DNA of 64,000 nucleotides from Escherichia coli (GTDB lineage Bacteria; Pseudomonadota; Gammaproteobacteria; Enterobacterales; Enterobacteriaceae): NCBI RefSeq assembly GCF_024298765.1, contig NZ_CP101210.1; one strand, 5' to 3'. Shown piece by piece: positions 25,005 to 36,738 of this stretch (position 1 is its first letter; each line of letters starts with the position of its first letter). The notes under the pieces were generated by a model. It saw only the letters and a program-made list of their open reading frames with translations, ran no database searches and was not told where the DNA came from. The position numbers and the translations under genes were made by a program.

Positions 25005-27434
25005 TCACGAATACTTTTTCGTTCGTCGCGTTGGTGCTGTGTTTGCCGGGTCGTCCGGCCAGACATGTTTGGGATAACGCCCTTTCATCTCTTTTTGCAC
25101 CTCACGGTACGCTCCTTTCCAGAAGGCCCCCAAATCACGCGTGATTTGCAGCGGCCTTTGGGCAGGGGAAAGCAACTCCAGCACCAGCGGCACGCGCCCC
25201 TGAGCGATCGTCGGATTGGTGGCCTCACCAAACATCTCCTGCATTCTCACCGCCAGCGCGGGCGGATTATCTTCATGATAACGAATGGCGATCCGGCTTC
25301 CCGTCGGCACAGTGTAATGCGCAGGCAATTCACTATCCAGACGTTGCTGCATTCCCCAATCAAGTAATCCGCGTAGTGCCTGATAAATGTCGAGTGATTT
25401 CAGGCCGCGTAGTGAATGTACGCCAGTCATATGTGGCAGCAGCCACGTTTCCAGCGCCGCCAATAAACTTTCATCATCAACCGCTGGCCAGTCATATTCC
25501 GGCAACCACTTTGCGGCGCATAACAAACGCAAGCGTAGCTGTTCCGCTTCCGCCGTCCAGTTGAGCACGCTTAAACCTTTATCGCGGATGCCGTTAAGCA
25601 TCGCCTGATGCAACTCGTCTTCTGACGGTTTCGCCAGTGGCTGCACTTTCACCGTCAACTGACCGATTTGCAGCCGACGCCAGGCTTTCAGCGTACCTTG
25701 CGCGTCATCCCATTCCACGGTGTCAGATTGCTGCACCAGCTGCGGACAGCGTTGTACTAATTCATCAATATCGACCGGTAGCGCCAGTAAAATCCGCGCA
25801 TCCGGCGAGGCGCTGCCCTGCAATAATAACGGTGCGATCAACCATTCGTGGCGACTTAGCGCGTCGTCGGCATCGAGCATCGCTCCCATGCCGTTTGCCA
25901 GTTGATAGCGTCCATCTTGCCCACGGCGGCGAGCAATGCGATCGGCAAACGCCCCGGCAAGTAGCGGCGCGATAAGCGAACTGTCTGCCTCACCGCCGCG
26001 TACGTTTAAGCGTTTTAACAGTTGCTGACTACGTTGCTGCCAGGCTGGTTGATTGCGCGAAAACGCCACGCCCAGGTCACTATTGCCCATCCGTGGCGGC
26101 TCTTCGAGAATGGCGGCAATTTTTGCCGCGGTAGCAGCTTCGTCGTCGCTCTTCGCGCTCACCAGCATTGCCGCTAAACGCGGATCGTTACCCAGCGCCG
26201 CCATTTTTTGCCCTTGCGCGCTTAGCCGTTCGCCATCCAGCCCCCCCAGCATCCGTAACAGGCGTTTCGCGGCCTGTAAATTCACTGCTGGCGGTTGATC
26301 CAGCCAGCTCATCTGCGCCGTATCGCTGCATCCCCATTGCAGTAATTCCATCAGCAAACCGGAAAGATCGCTTTGTAATATTTCCGGTTCACTTTGCGCC
26401 GCAGCGCGTTCTGCTTGTTCTTTGGCGATTAAATGCAGGCAGATACCCGGCTCCAGACGACCGGCGCGCCCGGCACGCTGCGTCATGGATGCCTGGCTAA
26501 CGCGTTGAGTAATCAGTCGCGTAAGCCCCGTGCGCGGATCAAAACGCGCCACACGCTCCTGGGCACAATCCACCACCAGACGAATACCTTCAATGGTTAA
26601 ACTGGTTTCAGCAATATTGGTCGCCAGCACCACTTTGCGCATCCCTTGCGGTGCCGGGAGGATCGCTTTTCGCTGAGCGTTCAGCGACAACGCGCCATAC
26701 AGCGGGCAGAGCAACACATCACTGCCGATGCGCGAAGCCAGTTGTTCCTGCACACGCTGAATTTCTCCGACGCCAGGTAAAAATAACAGTAATGATCCGC
26801 TTTCCTGACGCAGTATTTCGGCGGTGGCTACCGCAACGGCTTCGTCAAAACGCTGATGCGTGGGCAGTGGTAAATAACGGCGTTCAACCGGAAACGAGCG
26901 CCCTTCTGAGATGATGACGGGCGCTTCTGGCAGCATTTGCTGCAAGCTGTCGTTGTCCAGCGTAGCCGACATAATCAGCAGTTTAAGGTCATCACGCAGA
27001 CCTTGTTGCACATCGAGTAACAGCGCCAACGCCAAATCCGCCTGCAAGCTGCGCTCATGAAACTCATCGAGGATCACCAATCCAACACCGCTCAGTTCCG
27101 GGTCACGCTGGATCATGCGCGTCAGCACGCCTTCGGTAACCACTTCCAGGCGGGTATTCGGCCCGACGCAGTTTTGCGCACGCATCCGGTAGCCAACGGT
27201 ATCGCCTGGCTTTTCGTTAAGCAGCTCTGCCAGTCGTTGCGCAACGTTACGCGCCGCCAAACGACGCGGCTCCAGCAGGATAATTTTCCCGTTAATGCCG
27301 GGATGCGCCAGCAGTTGCAGCGGCAGCCAGGTTGATTTCCCGGCCCCGGTCGGCGCACTTAATAACACCTGCGATGCACAATCGAGAGCAGCAAGTAACT
27401 CAGGTAAGACGGCAGCAACGGGCAACGACGACAC
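25005..27434 (-). CDS. hrpB: ATP-dependent RNA helicase HrpB (DEAH-box)
   Basis: 809 aa if started at the GTG at 27434 (VSSLPVAAVLPELLAALD...); Walker A GAGKST, DEFH motif. The start codon is inferred from known length. Confidence 0.88.
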   Translation of the reverse strand: MSSLPVAAVLPELLAALDCASQVLLSAPTGAGKSTWLPLQLLAHPGINGKIILLEPRRLAARNVAQRLAELLNEKPGDTVGYRMRAQNCVGPNTRLEVVTEGVLTRMIQRDPELSGVGLVILDEFHERSLQADLALALLLDVQQGLRDDLKLLIMSATLDNDSLQQMLPEAPVIISEGRSFPVERRYLPLPTHQRFDEAVAVATAEILRQESGSLLLFLPGVGEIQRVQEQLASRIGSDVLLCPLYGALSLNAQRKAILPAPQGMRKVVLATNIAETSLTIEGIRLVVDCAQERVARFDPRTGLTRLITQRVSQASMTQRAGRAGRLEPGICLHLIAKEQAERAAAQSEPEILQSDLSGLLMELLQWGCSDTAQMSWLDQPPAVNLQAAKRLLRMLGGLDGERLSAQGQKMAALGNDPRLAAMLVSAKSDDEAATAAKIAAILEEPPRMGNSDLGVAFSRNQPAWQQRSQQLLKRLNVRGGEADSSLIAPLLAGAFADRIARRRGQDGRYQLANGMGAMLDADDALSRHEWLIAPLLLQGSASPDARILLALPVDIDELVQRCPQLVQQSDTVEWDDAQGTLKAWRRLQIGQLTVKVQPLAKPSEDELHQAMLNGIRDKGLSVLNWTAEAEQLRLRLLCAAKWLPEYDWPAVDDESLLAALETWLLPHMTGVHSLRGLKSLDIYQALRGLLDWGMQQRLDSELPAHYTVPTGSRIAIRYHEDNPPALAVRMQEMFGEATNPTIAQGRVPLVLELLSPAQRPLQITRDLGAFWKGAYREVQKEMKGRYPKHVWPDDPANTAPTRRTKKYS

Positions 27435-27507
27435 AAAACGCTCCAGAGGGTTAACATTCTTCGCGCCACATTGTAGCATCGCGGTAATTCATAACCGAGT
27501 GCCTCAC

Positions 27508-28757
<1,250 letters not shown>

Positions 28758-28934
28758 TAAAGTATGTAACTGGTTAATTTACATTCTGGTCGCGTGCGCA
28801 AATACGCTTTTCCTCACACAGTTGTCAAGTGTTACGTTTAGATAATTGCTATCCGGAAAAGCATCTGCTATTTATAGCGGCCTCATTTTTCCCCCGAACA
28901 TGGGGATCGATAGTGCGTGTTAAGGAGAAGCAAC

Positions 28935-29390
28935 ATGCAAGAAGGGCAAAACCGTAAAACATCGTCCCTGAGTATTCTCGCCATCGCTGGGGTGGAACCA
29001 TATCAGGAGAAGCCGGGCGAAGAGTATATGAATGAAGCCCAGCTGGCGCACTTCCGTCGTATTCTGGAAGCATGGCGTAATCAACTCAGGGATGAAGTCG
29101 ATCGCACCGTTACACATATGCAGGATGAAGCAGCCAACTTCCCGGACCCGGTAGACCGTGCAGCCCAGGAAGAAGAGTTCAGCCTCGAACTGCGTAACCG
29201 CGATCGCGAGCGTAAGCTGATCAAAAAGATCGAGAAGACGCTGAAAAAAGTGGAAGACGAAGATTTCGGCTACTGCGAATCCTGCGGTGTTGAAATTGGT
29301 ATTCGCCGTCTGGAAGCGCGCCCGACAGCCGATCTATGCATCGACTGCAAAACGCTGGCTGAAATTCGCGAAAAACAAATGGCTGGCTAA
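28935..29390 (+). CDS. dksA: RNA polymerase-binding transcription factor DksA
   Basis: 151 aa from the ATG at 28935 ([26 protein letters not shown]...); C4 zinc finger CESCGVEI...CIDC; AAGGAGA Shine-Dalgarno upstream. Confidence 0.95.
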   Translation: MQEGQNRKTSSLSILAIAGVEPYQEKPGEEYMNEAQLAHFRRILEAWRNQLRDEVDRTVTHMQDEAANFPDPVDRAAQEEEFSLELRNRDRERKLIKKIEKTLKKVEDEDFGYCESCGVEIGIRRLEARPTADLCIDCKTLAEIREKQMAG

Positions 29391-29418
29391 TTACAGCCGT
29401 TCCATCACGTTTACCACA

Positions 29419-29446
29419 GGCGGGAAATGCTCCCGCCTTATTTTTT
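29419..29446 (+). terminator. dksA intrinsic terminator (overlaps the gluQ start)
   Basis: Dyad ggcggga-aatgc-tcccgcc followed by ttatttttt; the gluQ ATG sits in the loop. Confidence 0.65.
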
Positions 29447-30353
29447 GTTCAACGAGATGACAGACACACACTATATTGGCCGCTTTGCTCCCTCTCCTTC
29501 CGGCGAACTTCATTTTGGCTCTCTGATTGCCGCGCTTGGCAGCTATTTACAGGCTCGCGCCCGGCACGGTCGCTGGCTGGTACGCATAGAAGATATCGAC
29601 CCGCCTCGTGAAGTTCCCGGTGCCGCAGAGACTATCCTGCGCCAGCTGGAACATTACGGTCTGCACTGGGACGGCGACGTTCTCTGGCAATCGCAACGTC
29701 ACGACGCCTATCGCGAAGCACTCGCCTGGTTACATGAGCAAGGACTAAGTTATTACTGCACCTGCACGCGCGCGCGTATTCAAAGCATTGGCGGTATTTA
29801 CGACGGTCATTGCCGGGAATTGCATCATGGACCAGACAACGCCGCAGTGCGTATCCGCCAGCAGCATCCGGTTACTCAATTTACTGACCAGCTGCGCGGC
29901 ATTATTCACGCCGACGAAAAACTGGCGCGGGAAGATTTTATTATTCATCGCCGTGATGGTTTGTTTGCCTATAACCTGGCGGTGGTGGTGGATGATCACT
30001 TCCAGGGCGTGAGCGAAATTGTCCGCGGGGCAGATTTGATCGAACCGACAGTGCGGCAAATCTCGCTGTACCAGCTTTTTGGCTGGCAAGTGCCAGATTA
30101 CATTCATCTTCCGCTGGCGCTTAATCCACAAGGCGCTAAACTTTCCAAGCAGAATCATGCGCCTGCGTTGCCGAAAGGCGATCCGCGCCCGGTACTAATC
30201 GCGGCACTTCAATTTCTGGGTCAGCAGGCAGAAGCACACTGGCAGGATTTCAGCGTCGAGCAAATCCTTCAGTCAGCCGTCAAAAACTGGCGGCTTACCG
30301 CCGTGCCTGAGTCGGCAATTGTAAATTCAACATTCTCAAATGCGTCATGCTGA
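29427..30353 (+). CDS. gluQ: Glutamyl-Q tRNA(Asp) synthetase
   Basis: 308-aa [43 protein letters not shown]...; truncated GluRS-like catalytic domain. An alternative start at MTDTHY is possible. Confidence 0.88.
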   Translation: MLPPYFLFNEMTDTHYIGRFAPSPSGELHFGSLIAALGSYLQARARHGRWLVRIEDIDPPREVPGAAETILRQLEHYGLHWDGDVLWQSQRHDAYREALAWLHEQGLSYYCTCTRARIQSIGGIYDGHCRELHHGPDNAAVRIRQQHPVTQFTDQLRGIIHADEKLAREDFIIHRRDGLFAYNLAVVVDDHFQGVSEIVRGADLIEPTVRQISLYQLFGWQVPDYIHLPLALNPQGAKLSKQNHAPALPKGDPRPVLIAALQFLGQQAEAHWQDFSVEQILQSAVKNWRLTAVPESAIVNSTFSNASC

Positions 30354-30412
30354 GCTATGATTAGCCGCTATTTTTTTGTCCTGAATGATGTTTGACACTA
30401 CCGAGGTGTACT

Positions 30413-31810
30413 ATTTTTACCCGAGTCGCTAATTTTTGCCGCAAGGTGCTAAGCCGCGAGGAAAGCGAGGCTGAACAGGCAGTCGCCCGTCCACAGGTGA
30501 CGGTGATCCCGCGTGAGCAGCATGCTATTTCCCGCAAAGATATCAGTGAAAATGCCCTGAAGGTAATGTACAGGCTCAATAAAGCGGGATACGAAGCCTG
30601 GCTGGTTGGCGGTGGCGTGCGCGACCTGTTACTTGGCAAAAAGCCGAAAGATTTTGACGTAACCACTAACGCCACGCCTGAACAGGTACGTAAACTGTTC
30701 CGTAACTGCCGCCTGGTGGGTCGCCGTTTCCGTCTGGCTCATGTGATGTTTGGCCCGGAGATTATCGAAGTTGCGACCTTCCGTGGACATCACGAAGGTA
30801 ACGTCAGCGACCGCACGACCTCCCAACGCGGGCAAAACGGCATGTTGCTGCGCGACAACATTTTCGGCTCCATCGAAGAAGACGCCCAGCGCCGCGATTT
30901 CACTATCAACAGCCTGTATTACAGCGTGGCAGATTTTACCGTCCGTGATTACGTTGGCGGCATGAAGGATCTGAAGGACGGCGTTATCCGTCTGATTGGT
31001 AACCCGGAAACGCGCTACCGTGAAGATCCGGTACGGATGCTGCGCGCGGTACGTTTTGCCGCCAAATTGGGTATGCGTATCAGTCCTGAAACCGCAGAAC
31101 CGATCCCTCGCCTGGCTACCCTGCTGAACGATATTCCACCGGCACGTCTGTTTGAAGAATCTTTGAAACTGCTGCAAGCGGGCTACGGTTACGAAACCTA
31201 TAAGCTGCTGTGTGAATATCACCTGTTCCAGCCGCTGTTCCCGACCATTACCCGCTACTTCACGGAAAATGGCGACAGCCCGATGGAGCGGATCATTGAA
31301 CAGGTGCTGAAGAATACCGATACGCGTATCCATAACGATATGCGCGTGAACCCGGCGTTCCTGTTTGCCGCCATGTTCTGGTACCCACTGCTGGAGACGG
31401 CACAGAAGATCGCCCAGGAAAGCGGCCTGACCTATCACGACGCTTTCGCGCTGGCGATGAACGACGTGCTGGACGAAGCCTGTCGTTCACTGGCGATCCC
31501 GAAACGTCTGACGACGTTAACCCGCGATATCTGGCAGTTGCAGTTGCGTATGTCCCGACGTCAGGGTAAACGCGCCTGGAAACTGCTGGAGCATCCTAAG
31601 TTCCGTGCGGCATACGACCTGTTGGCCTTACGAGCCGAAGTTGAGCGTAACGCTGAACTGCAACGTCTGGTGAAATGGTGGGGTGAGTTCCAGGTTTCCG
31701 CGCCACCAGACCAAAAAGGGATGCTTAACGAACTGGATGAAGAACCGTCACCGCGTCGCCGTACTCGTCGTCCACGCAAACGCGCACCGCGTCGTGAGGG
31801 TACCGCATGA
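30413..31810 (+). CDS. pcnB: Poly(A) polymerase I
   Basis: Nucleotidyltransferase ORF ([17 protein letters not shown]). No in-frame ATG near the N-terminus; a start at the ATT at 30413 gives the 465-aa form and matches the reported non-canonical AUU initiation. Confidence 0.85.
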
Positions 31811-32286
31811 CAGTGGCGTATATTGCCATCGGCAGCAATCTGGCCTCTCCGCTGGAGCAGGTCAATGCTGCCCTGAAAGCATTAGGCGATATTCCAGAAA
31901 GCCGCATTCTTGCTGTTTCTTCGTTTTACCGCACCCCACCGCTGGGGCCGCAAGATCAACCCGATTACTTAAATGCAGCCGTCGCGCTGAAAACCACTCT
32001 TGCCCCTGAAGAGCTACTCAATCACACACAGCGTATCGAATTGCAGCAAGGTCGCGTCCGTAAAGCTGAACGCTGGGGACCGCGCACGCTGGATCTCGAC
32101 ATCATGCTGTTTGGTAATGAAGTAATAAATACCGAACGTCTGACCGTTCCGCACTACGATATGAAAAATCGCGGCTTTATGCTGTGGCCACTGTTTGAAA
32201 TTGCGCCGGAATTGCTATTTCCTGATGGCTTATCATTAGTTGAAGCTCTACAGGCAAAAGGCTTTAATGAATTAGATAAGTGGTAA
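31807..32286 (+). CDS. folK: 2-amino-4-hydroxy-6-hydroxymethyldihydropteridine pyrophosphokinase
   Basis: 159-aa [35 protein letters not shown]...; ATGA overlap with the pcnB stop. Confidence 0.93.
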
Positions 32287-32647
32287 TTATTATTCGTGTG
32301 AATATAAATATATTCTGAAAACAACCTCAAGTTATTGCCAAAACAATATCATTAAGATAAATAAAATTTTAGAAAATATAATATACCTTCCCGTAATTCT
32401 CACGCCATACACTATCCCTCTTAGCTTTCAAATTTAATTTTACTAACTTTTATTTTTAGTAAAATTAAATTGCATATGCTATCACATTATGCAAAATAGC
32501 CATCCCGATGATGAATGAATGTAATAGTTGGTAAACAACAGACAAACATCATTAACACAGTAACGATTTTGTTACGCAGCATTGCAGCAGACTCTTATCG
32601 TCATGCGGTGCGGTTATCTCTCTATGGAATATTATTCAAGGATTTTT
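32287..32647 (+). promoter_or_regulatory. AT-rich upstream regulatory region of the fimbrial operon
   Basis: About 360 bp of strongly AT-rich, curved-looking DNA (runs such as aaataaaatttt and ttttatttttagtaaaattaaatt) upstream of the first fimbrial gene. This is typical of H-NS-silenced chaperone-usher promoters. Confidence 0.5.
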
Positions 32648-33238
32648 ATGTCTAAAAAATTAGGTTTTGCGCTGTCTGGTATTATGTTGGCAATGGCTGC
32701 TGGTACTGCATTTGCTGCTAACGATATGGACGGTGGTCAGTTAAATATTAGCGGCCTGGTCGTTGATAACACCTGTGAAGCTCGTGTTGATGGCGGTAAC
32801 AAAGATGGTTTGATCCTGCTGCAAACCGCTACTGTTGCTGAAATCACCGATGGTGTACTGGATACCACCGTAGGTGCTAAAGCTAAGCCATTCAGCATTA
32901 CTATTGACTGCAGCAAAGCTAACCCGGCTCCGGGTACTACTGCAAAAATGACTTTCGGTTCCGTGTTCTTTAGCAATAGCAAAGGTACTCTGAATAACGA
33001 TATGTCTATCAATAATCCATCTGATGGTGTGAATATTGCCCTGCATAATATTGAAGGTTCCACTATTAAGCAGGTTCAGGTTAATAATCCGGGTGATGTT
33101 TACAGCAAAACTCTGGATGCAACGTCTAAAACTGCAACCTACGATTTTAAAGCATCCTATGTTCGTGCTGATGCAAGCAAAGCAGCAACTGCCGGTTATG
33201 TAAAAACTAACTCAGCATATACCATTACTTACCAGTAA
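32648..33238 (+). CDS. yadN: Fimbrial major subunit (chaperone-usher class)
   Basis: 196 aa from the ATG at 32648 ([23 protein letters not shown] signal peptide), with a C-terminal beta-strand motif ending YTITYQ and AAGGA 6 nt upstream. Gene name assigned by synteny downstream of folK. Confidence 0.8.
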   Translation: MSKKLGFALSGIMLAMAAGTAFAANDMDGGQLNISGLVVDNTCEARVDGGNKDGLILLQTATVAEITDGVLDTTVGAKAKPFSITIDCSKANPAPGTTAKMTFGSVFFSNSKGTLNNDMSINNPSDGVNIALHNIEGSTIKQVQVNNPGDVYSKTLDATSKTATYDFKASYVRADASKAATAGYVKTNSAYTITYQ

Positions 33239-33274
33239 ATATCAGCCACCTAAATTGATTGGGTGAATATATAT

Positions 33275-33317
33275 AGGGAATAACATCAAACATATTTATT
33301 TTTGAACGTTATTCCCT
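33275..33317 (+). other. Inverted repeat between the major-subunit and chaperone genes
   Basis: Perfect 10-bp dyad agggaataac / gttattccct with a 23-nt loop, then gttttaatt. Confidence 0.3.
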
Positions 33318-33346
33318 GTTTTAATTAACTCTGTGAGGAACGGTTT

Positions 33347-34087
33347 ATGTTTTTTAATACTAAACATACCGCAGCATTGTGCTTAGCGAGCTGTATGGCT
33401 TTTAGCTCATCAGCTATTGCAGACATCGTAATTTCAGGTACTCGCGTAGTTTATAAAAGCGAACAAAAAAGCGTCAATGTGCGTCTGGAAAATAAAGGCA
33501 ATAACCCATTGCTGGTTCAGAGTTGGTTAGATACTGGAGATGACAACGCTGAACCAGGCAGTATTACTGTCCCCTTTACCGCTACGCCACCAGTATCACG
33601 TATTGATGCTAAACGTGGCCAAACAATCAAACTGATGTACACCGCCAGTAGTGCTCTGCCAAAAGACAGAGAAAGTGTGTTCTGGTTTAACGTACTGGAA
33701 GTTCCACCAAAACCCGATGCAGCAAAAGCAGCAAATCAAAGCCTGCTACAACTGGCATTTCGTACACGTATAAAACTGTTCTATCGCCCGGAAGGATTGA
33801 GTGGAATTCCATCTGATGCGCCATTGGCTCTGAAGTGGTCCTGGGCAACATCTGAAGGCAAAGCGGCATTACGCGTTGATAACCCTACGCCCTACTATGT
33901 CTCTTTTAGCAGTGGTGATTTAGAAGCCAACGGCAAACGCTATCCCCTGGATGTGAAAATGATTGCGCCGTTCAGTAACGACGTCATCAAGGTAAATGGG
34001 ATGAGTGGCAGAACAAGCTCTGCAAAAGTGCATTTTTTCGCCATTAATGATTTTGGCGGCTCTATTGAAGGCAACGCCAACCTTTAA
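33347..34087 (+). CDS. ecpD: Periplasmic fimbrial chaperone (PapD-like)
   Basis: 246-aa ORF with signal peptide MFFNTKHTAALCLASCMAFSSSAIA; PapD-family fold signatures. K-12 synonym yadV. Confidence 0.85.
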   Translation: MFFNTKHTAALCLASCMAFSSSAIADIVISGTRVVYKSEQKSVNVRLENKGNNPLLVQSWLDTGDDNAEPGSITVPFTATPPVSRIDAKRGQTIKLMYTASSALPKDRESVFWFNVLEVPPKPDAAKAANQSLLQLAFRTRIKLFYRPEGLSGIPSDAPLALKWSWATSEGKAALRVDNPTPYYVSFSSGDLEANGKRYPLDVKMIAPFSNDVIKVNGMSGRTSSAKVHFFAINDFGGSIEGNANL

Positions 34088-34121
34088 TCTGGCAAGGATA
34101 TACCACAGCAGGAAGCAGAAC

Positions 34122-36722
34122 GTGACTATTAAATCCACTAAAAAATATCATAATCACCTTACCCGCATCGCCACGTTTTGCGCGCTGCTGTATAGCAACA
34201 GTGCTTTATGCGCTGAACTCGTCGAATATGACCATACATTTCTGATGGGAAAGGATGCTTCAAATATCGACCTTAGTCGGTATACAGAAGGCAACCCGAC
34301 ACTACCAGGCATTTACGATGTCAGTGTGTATGTTAACGATCAACCTATCATGAGCCAAAGCATTGCTTTTACTGTTATTGAAGGTAAAAAGAACGCTCAG
34401 GCCTGCATTACGCAGAAAAATTTATTGCAATTTCATATCAGTTCACCAGACAAGAATAGCGAAAAAGCCATTTTGCTTAAGCGAGACGAAGATCTTGGTG
34501 ATTGCCTCAATCTGGCTGAAATGATCCCTCAATCATCCATTCGTTACGATGTTAACGATCAACGCCTGGATATCGACGTCCCCCAGGCATGGATTATGAA
34601 GAATTATCAAAACTATGTTGATCCCTCTTTGTGGGAAAATGGCATTAATGCAGCCATGCTTTCCTACAACCTCAATGGATATCACAGTGAAAGTCCAGGC
34701 AGAACAAATGACAGTATCTATGCGGCATTCAACGGTGGGATAAACTTAGGCGCGTGGCGGTTACGTGCCTCAGGTAACTACAACTGGATGACCAATGTCC
34801 ATAGTGATTATGATTTTCAGAATCGCTATTTACAACGCGATCTTGCGTCACTACGTTCACAACTGGTTATTGGTGAATCTTACACGACCGGCGAGACCTT
34901 CGATTCAGTCAGCATTCGCGGTATTCGCTTATACAGTGACAGTCGAATGCTGCCTCCGGTATTAGCCAGTTTTGCGCCAATCATTCATGGCGTAGCGAAT
35001 ACCAATGCCAAAGTAACCGTTATGCAAAATGGTTATAAAATCTATGAAACGACGGTGCCGCCAGGGGCCTTTGCCATTGATGATCTTAGCCCGTCAGGTT
35101 ATGGCAGTGATCTCATTGTGACTATCGAAGAAGCTGATGGCACAAAACGGACGTTCTCCCAGCCATTTTCATCTGTTGTGCAAATGCTGCGCCCTGGCGT
35201 TGGTCGCTGGGATATTAGCGCCGGTCAGGTTTTAAAAGACAGTATCCAGGATGAGCCTAATTTATTTCAAGCCAGCTACTACTATGGTTTGAATAACTAC
35301 CTGACAGGATATACCGGTATTCAGCTAACTGATAATAACTATACCGCCGGATTGCTGGGGCTTGGTATGAATACCCCCGTGGGGGCTTTTTCTGTCGATG
35401 TTACTCACTCAAATGTCAGCATTCCGGACGATAAAACCTATCAAGGACAAAGCTACCGTATTTCCTGGAACAAGTTATTTGAAAATACCAGTACATCATT
35501 AAATATCGCGGCCTATCGCTACTCCACCCAGCATTATCTGGGCCTCAATGATGCGCTGACGCTGATTGATGAAGTAGAACATCCTGAGCAAGATCTTGAG
35601 CCTAAATCCATGCGCAATTACTCGCGCATGAAAAATCAGGTCACGGTCAGTATCAACCAACCGCTGAAATTTGAGAAAAAGGATTACGGTTCATTTTATC
35701 TCTCGGGAAGCTGGTCAGATTACTGGGCCTCCGGACAAAACAGTACTAATTACTCTATTGGTTATAGCAATAGTGCGTCCTGGGGCAGTTACAGTATCAG
35801 TGCTCAACGTTCGTTGAATGAAGATGGTCAAACCGACGATAGCATTTATCTCAGCTTCACGATTCCAATAGAAAATTTACTGGGTACGGAACACCGCAGC
35901 TCCGGCTTCCAGAGTATTGATACACAATTAAACAGCGACTTTAAGGGTAATAACCAACTCAATATCAGCAGTAGTGGTTACAGCGATACCAATCGCATCA
36001 GCTACAGCGTAAACACGGGTTATATGATGAATAAATCCAGTGATGACCTGAGTTATATCGGCGGTTATGCCAGTTATGAATCGCCGTGGGGAACTCTGTC
36101 AGGTTCAGCCTCAGCAAGCAGTGATAATAGTCGCCAATTCTCACTCAATACTGATGGTGGATTTGTGTTACATAGCGGCGGGCTGACGTTCAGTAATGAC
36201 AGTTTTAGTGATTCCGACACTCTGGCTGTCATTCAGGCGCCAGGAGCAAAAGGCGCTCGTATTAACTACGGAAACAGCACCGTAGACCGCTGGGGTTATG
36301 GTGTGACCAGCGCCCTTTCGCCATACCATGAAAACCGTATCGCACTGGACATTAACGATCTGGAAAACGATGTTGAATTGAAAAGCACCAGTACTGTCGC
36401 CGTCCCGCTCCAGGGAGCCGTCGTCTTTGCTGATTTTGAAACAGTTCAGGGACAATCGGCAATTATGAATATCGTGCGAAGCGATGGTAAAAATATTCCA
36501 TTTGCAGCGGATATTTATGATGAACAAAACAATATCATCGGCAACGTAGGTCAGGGTGGTCAGGCCTTTGTTCGCGGTATCGGGCAGGAAGGAAATATAC
36601 GAATTACCTGGATTGAAGAGGGCAAACCAGTCAGTTGTTTTGCTCATTACCAACAAAACACGACATCAGAAAAAATAGCGCAATCTATTATTCTGAACGG
36701 ACTTCGTTGTCAGATACAGTAA
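34122..36722 (+). CDS. htrE: Outer-membrane fimbrial usher
   Basis: About 866 aa from the GTG at 34122 (VTIKSTKKYHNHLTRIATFCALLYSNSALCA), with GGAAG Shine-Dalgarno upstream. The track ORF starts further upstream and overlaps the chaperone gene. Ends in the usher C-terminal motif. Confidence 0.85.
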   Translation: MTIKSTKKYHNHLTRIATFCALLYSNSALCAELVEYDHTFLMGKDASNIDLSRYTEGNPTLPGIYDVSVYVNDQPIMSQSIAFTVIEGKKNAQACITQKNLLQFHISSPDKNSEKAILLKRDEDLGDCLNLAEMIPQSSIRYDVNDQRLDIDVPQAWIMKNYQNYVDPSLWENGINAAMLSYNLNGYHSESPGRTNDSIYAAFNGGINLGAWRLRASGNYNWMTNVHSDYDFQNRYLQRDLASLRSQLVIGESYTTGETFDSVSIRGIRLYSDSRMLPPVLASFAPIIHGVANTNAKVTVMQNGYKIYETTVPPGAFAIDDLSPSGYGSDLIVTIEEADGTKRTFSQPFSSVVQMLRPGVGRWDISAGQVLKDSIQDEPNLFQASYYYGLNNYLTGYTGIQLTDNNYTAGLLGLGMNTPVGAFSVDVTHSNVSIPDDKTYQGQSYRISWNKLFENTSTSLNIAAYRYSTQHYLGLNDALTLIDEVEHPEQDLEPKSMRNYSRMKNQVTVSINQPLKFEKKDYGSFYLSGSWSDYWASGQNSTNYSIGYSNSASWGSYSISAQRSLNEDGQTDDSIYLSFTIPIENLLGTEHRSSGFQSIDTQLNSDFKGNNQLNISSSGYSDTNRISYSVNTGYMMNKSSDDLSYIGGYASYESPWGTLSGSASASSDNSRQFSLNTDGGFVLHSGGLTFSNDSFSDSDTLAVIQAPGAKGARINYGNSTVDRWGYGVTSALSPYHENRIALDINDLENDVELKSTSTVAVPLQGAVVFADFETVQGQSAIMNIVRSDGKNIPFAADIYDEQNNIIGNVGQGGQAFVRGIGQEGNIRITWIEEGKPVSCFAHYQQNTTSEKIAQSIILNGLRCQIQ

Positions 36723-36738
36723 CCACAAGGGACTTCCA

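Noticed and set aside
32287-32647. Possible mobile-element or integration scar upstream of the fimbrial operon, judged from its extreme AT content
   Set aside because: No inverted repeats, direct repeats, integrase or transposase ORF, or tRNA attachment site are present. The composition fits a silenced fimbrial promoter instead.
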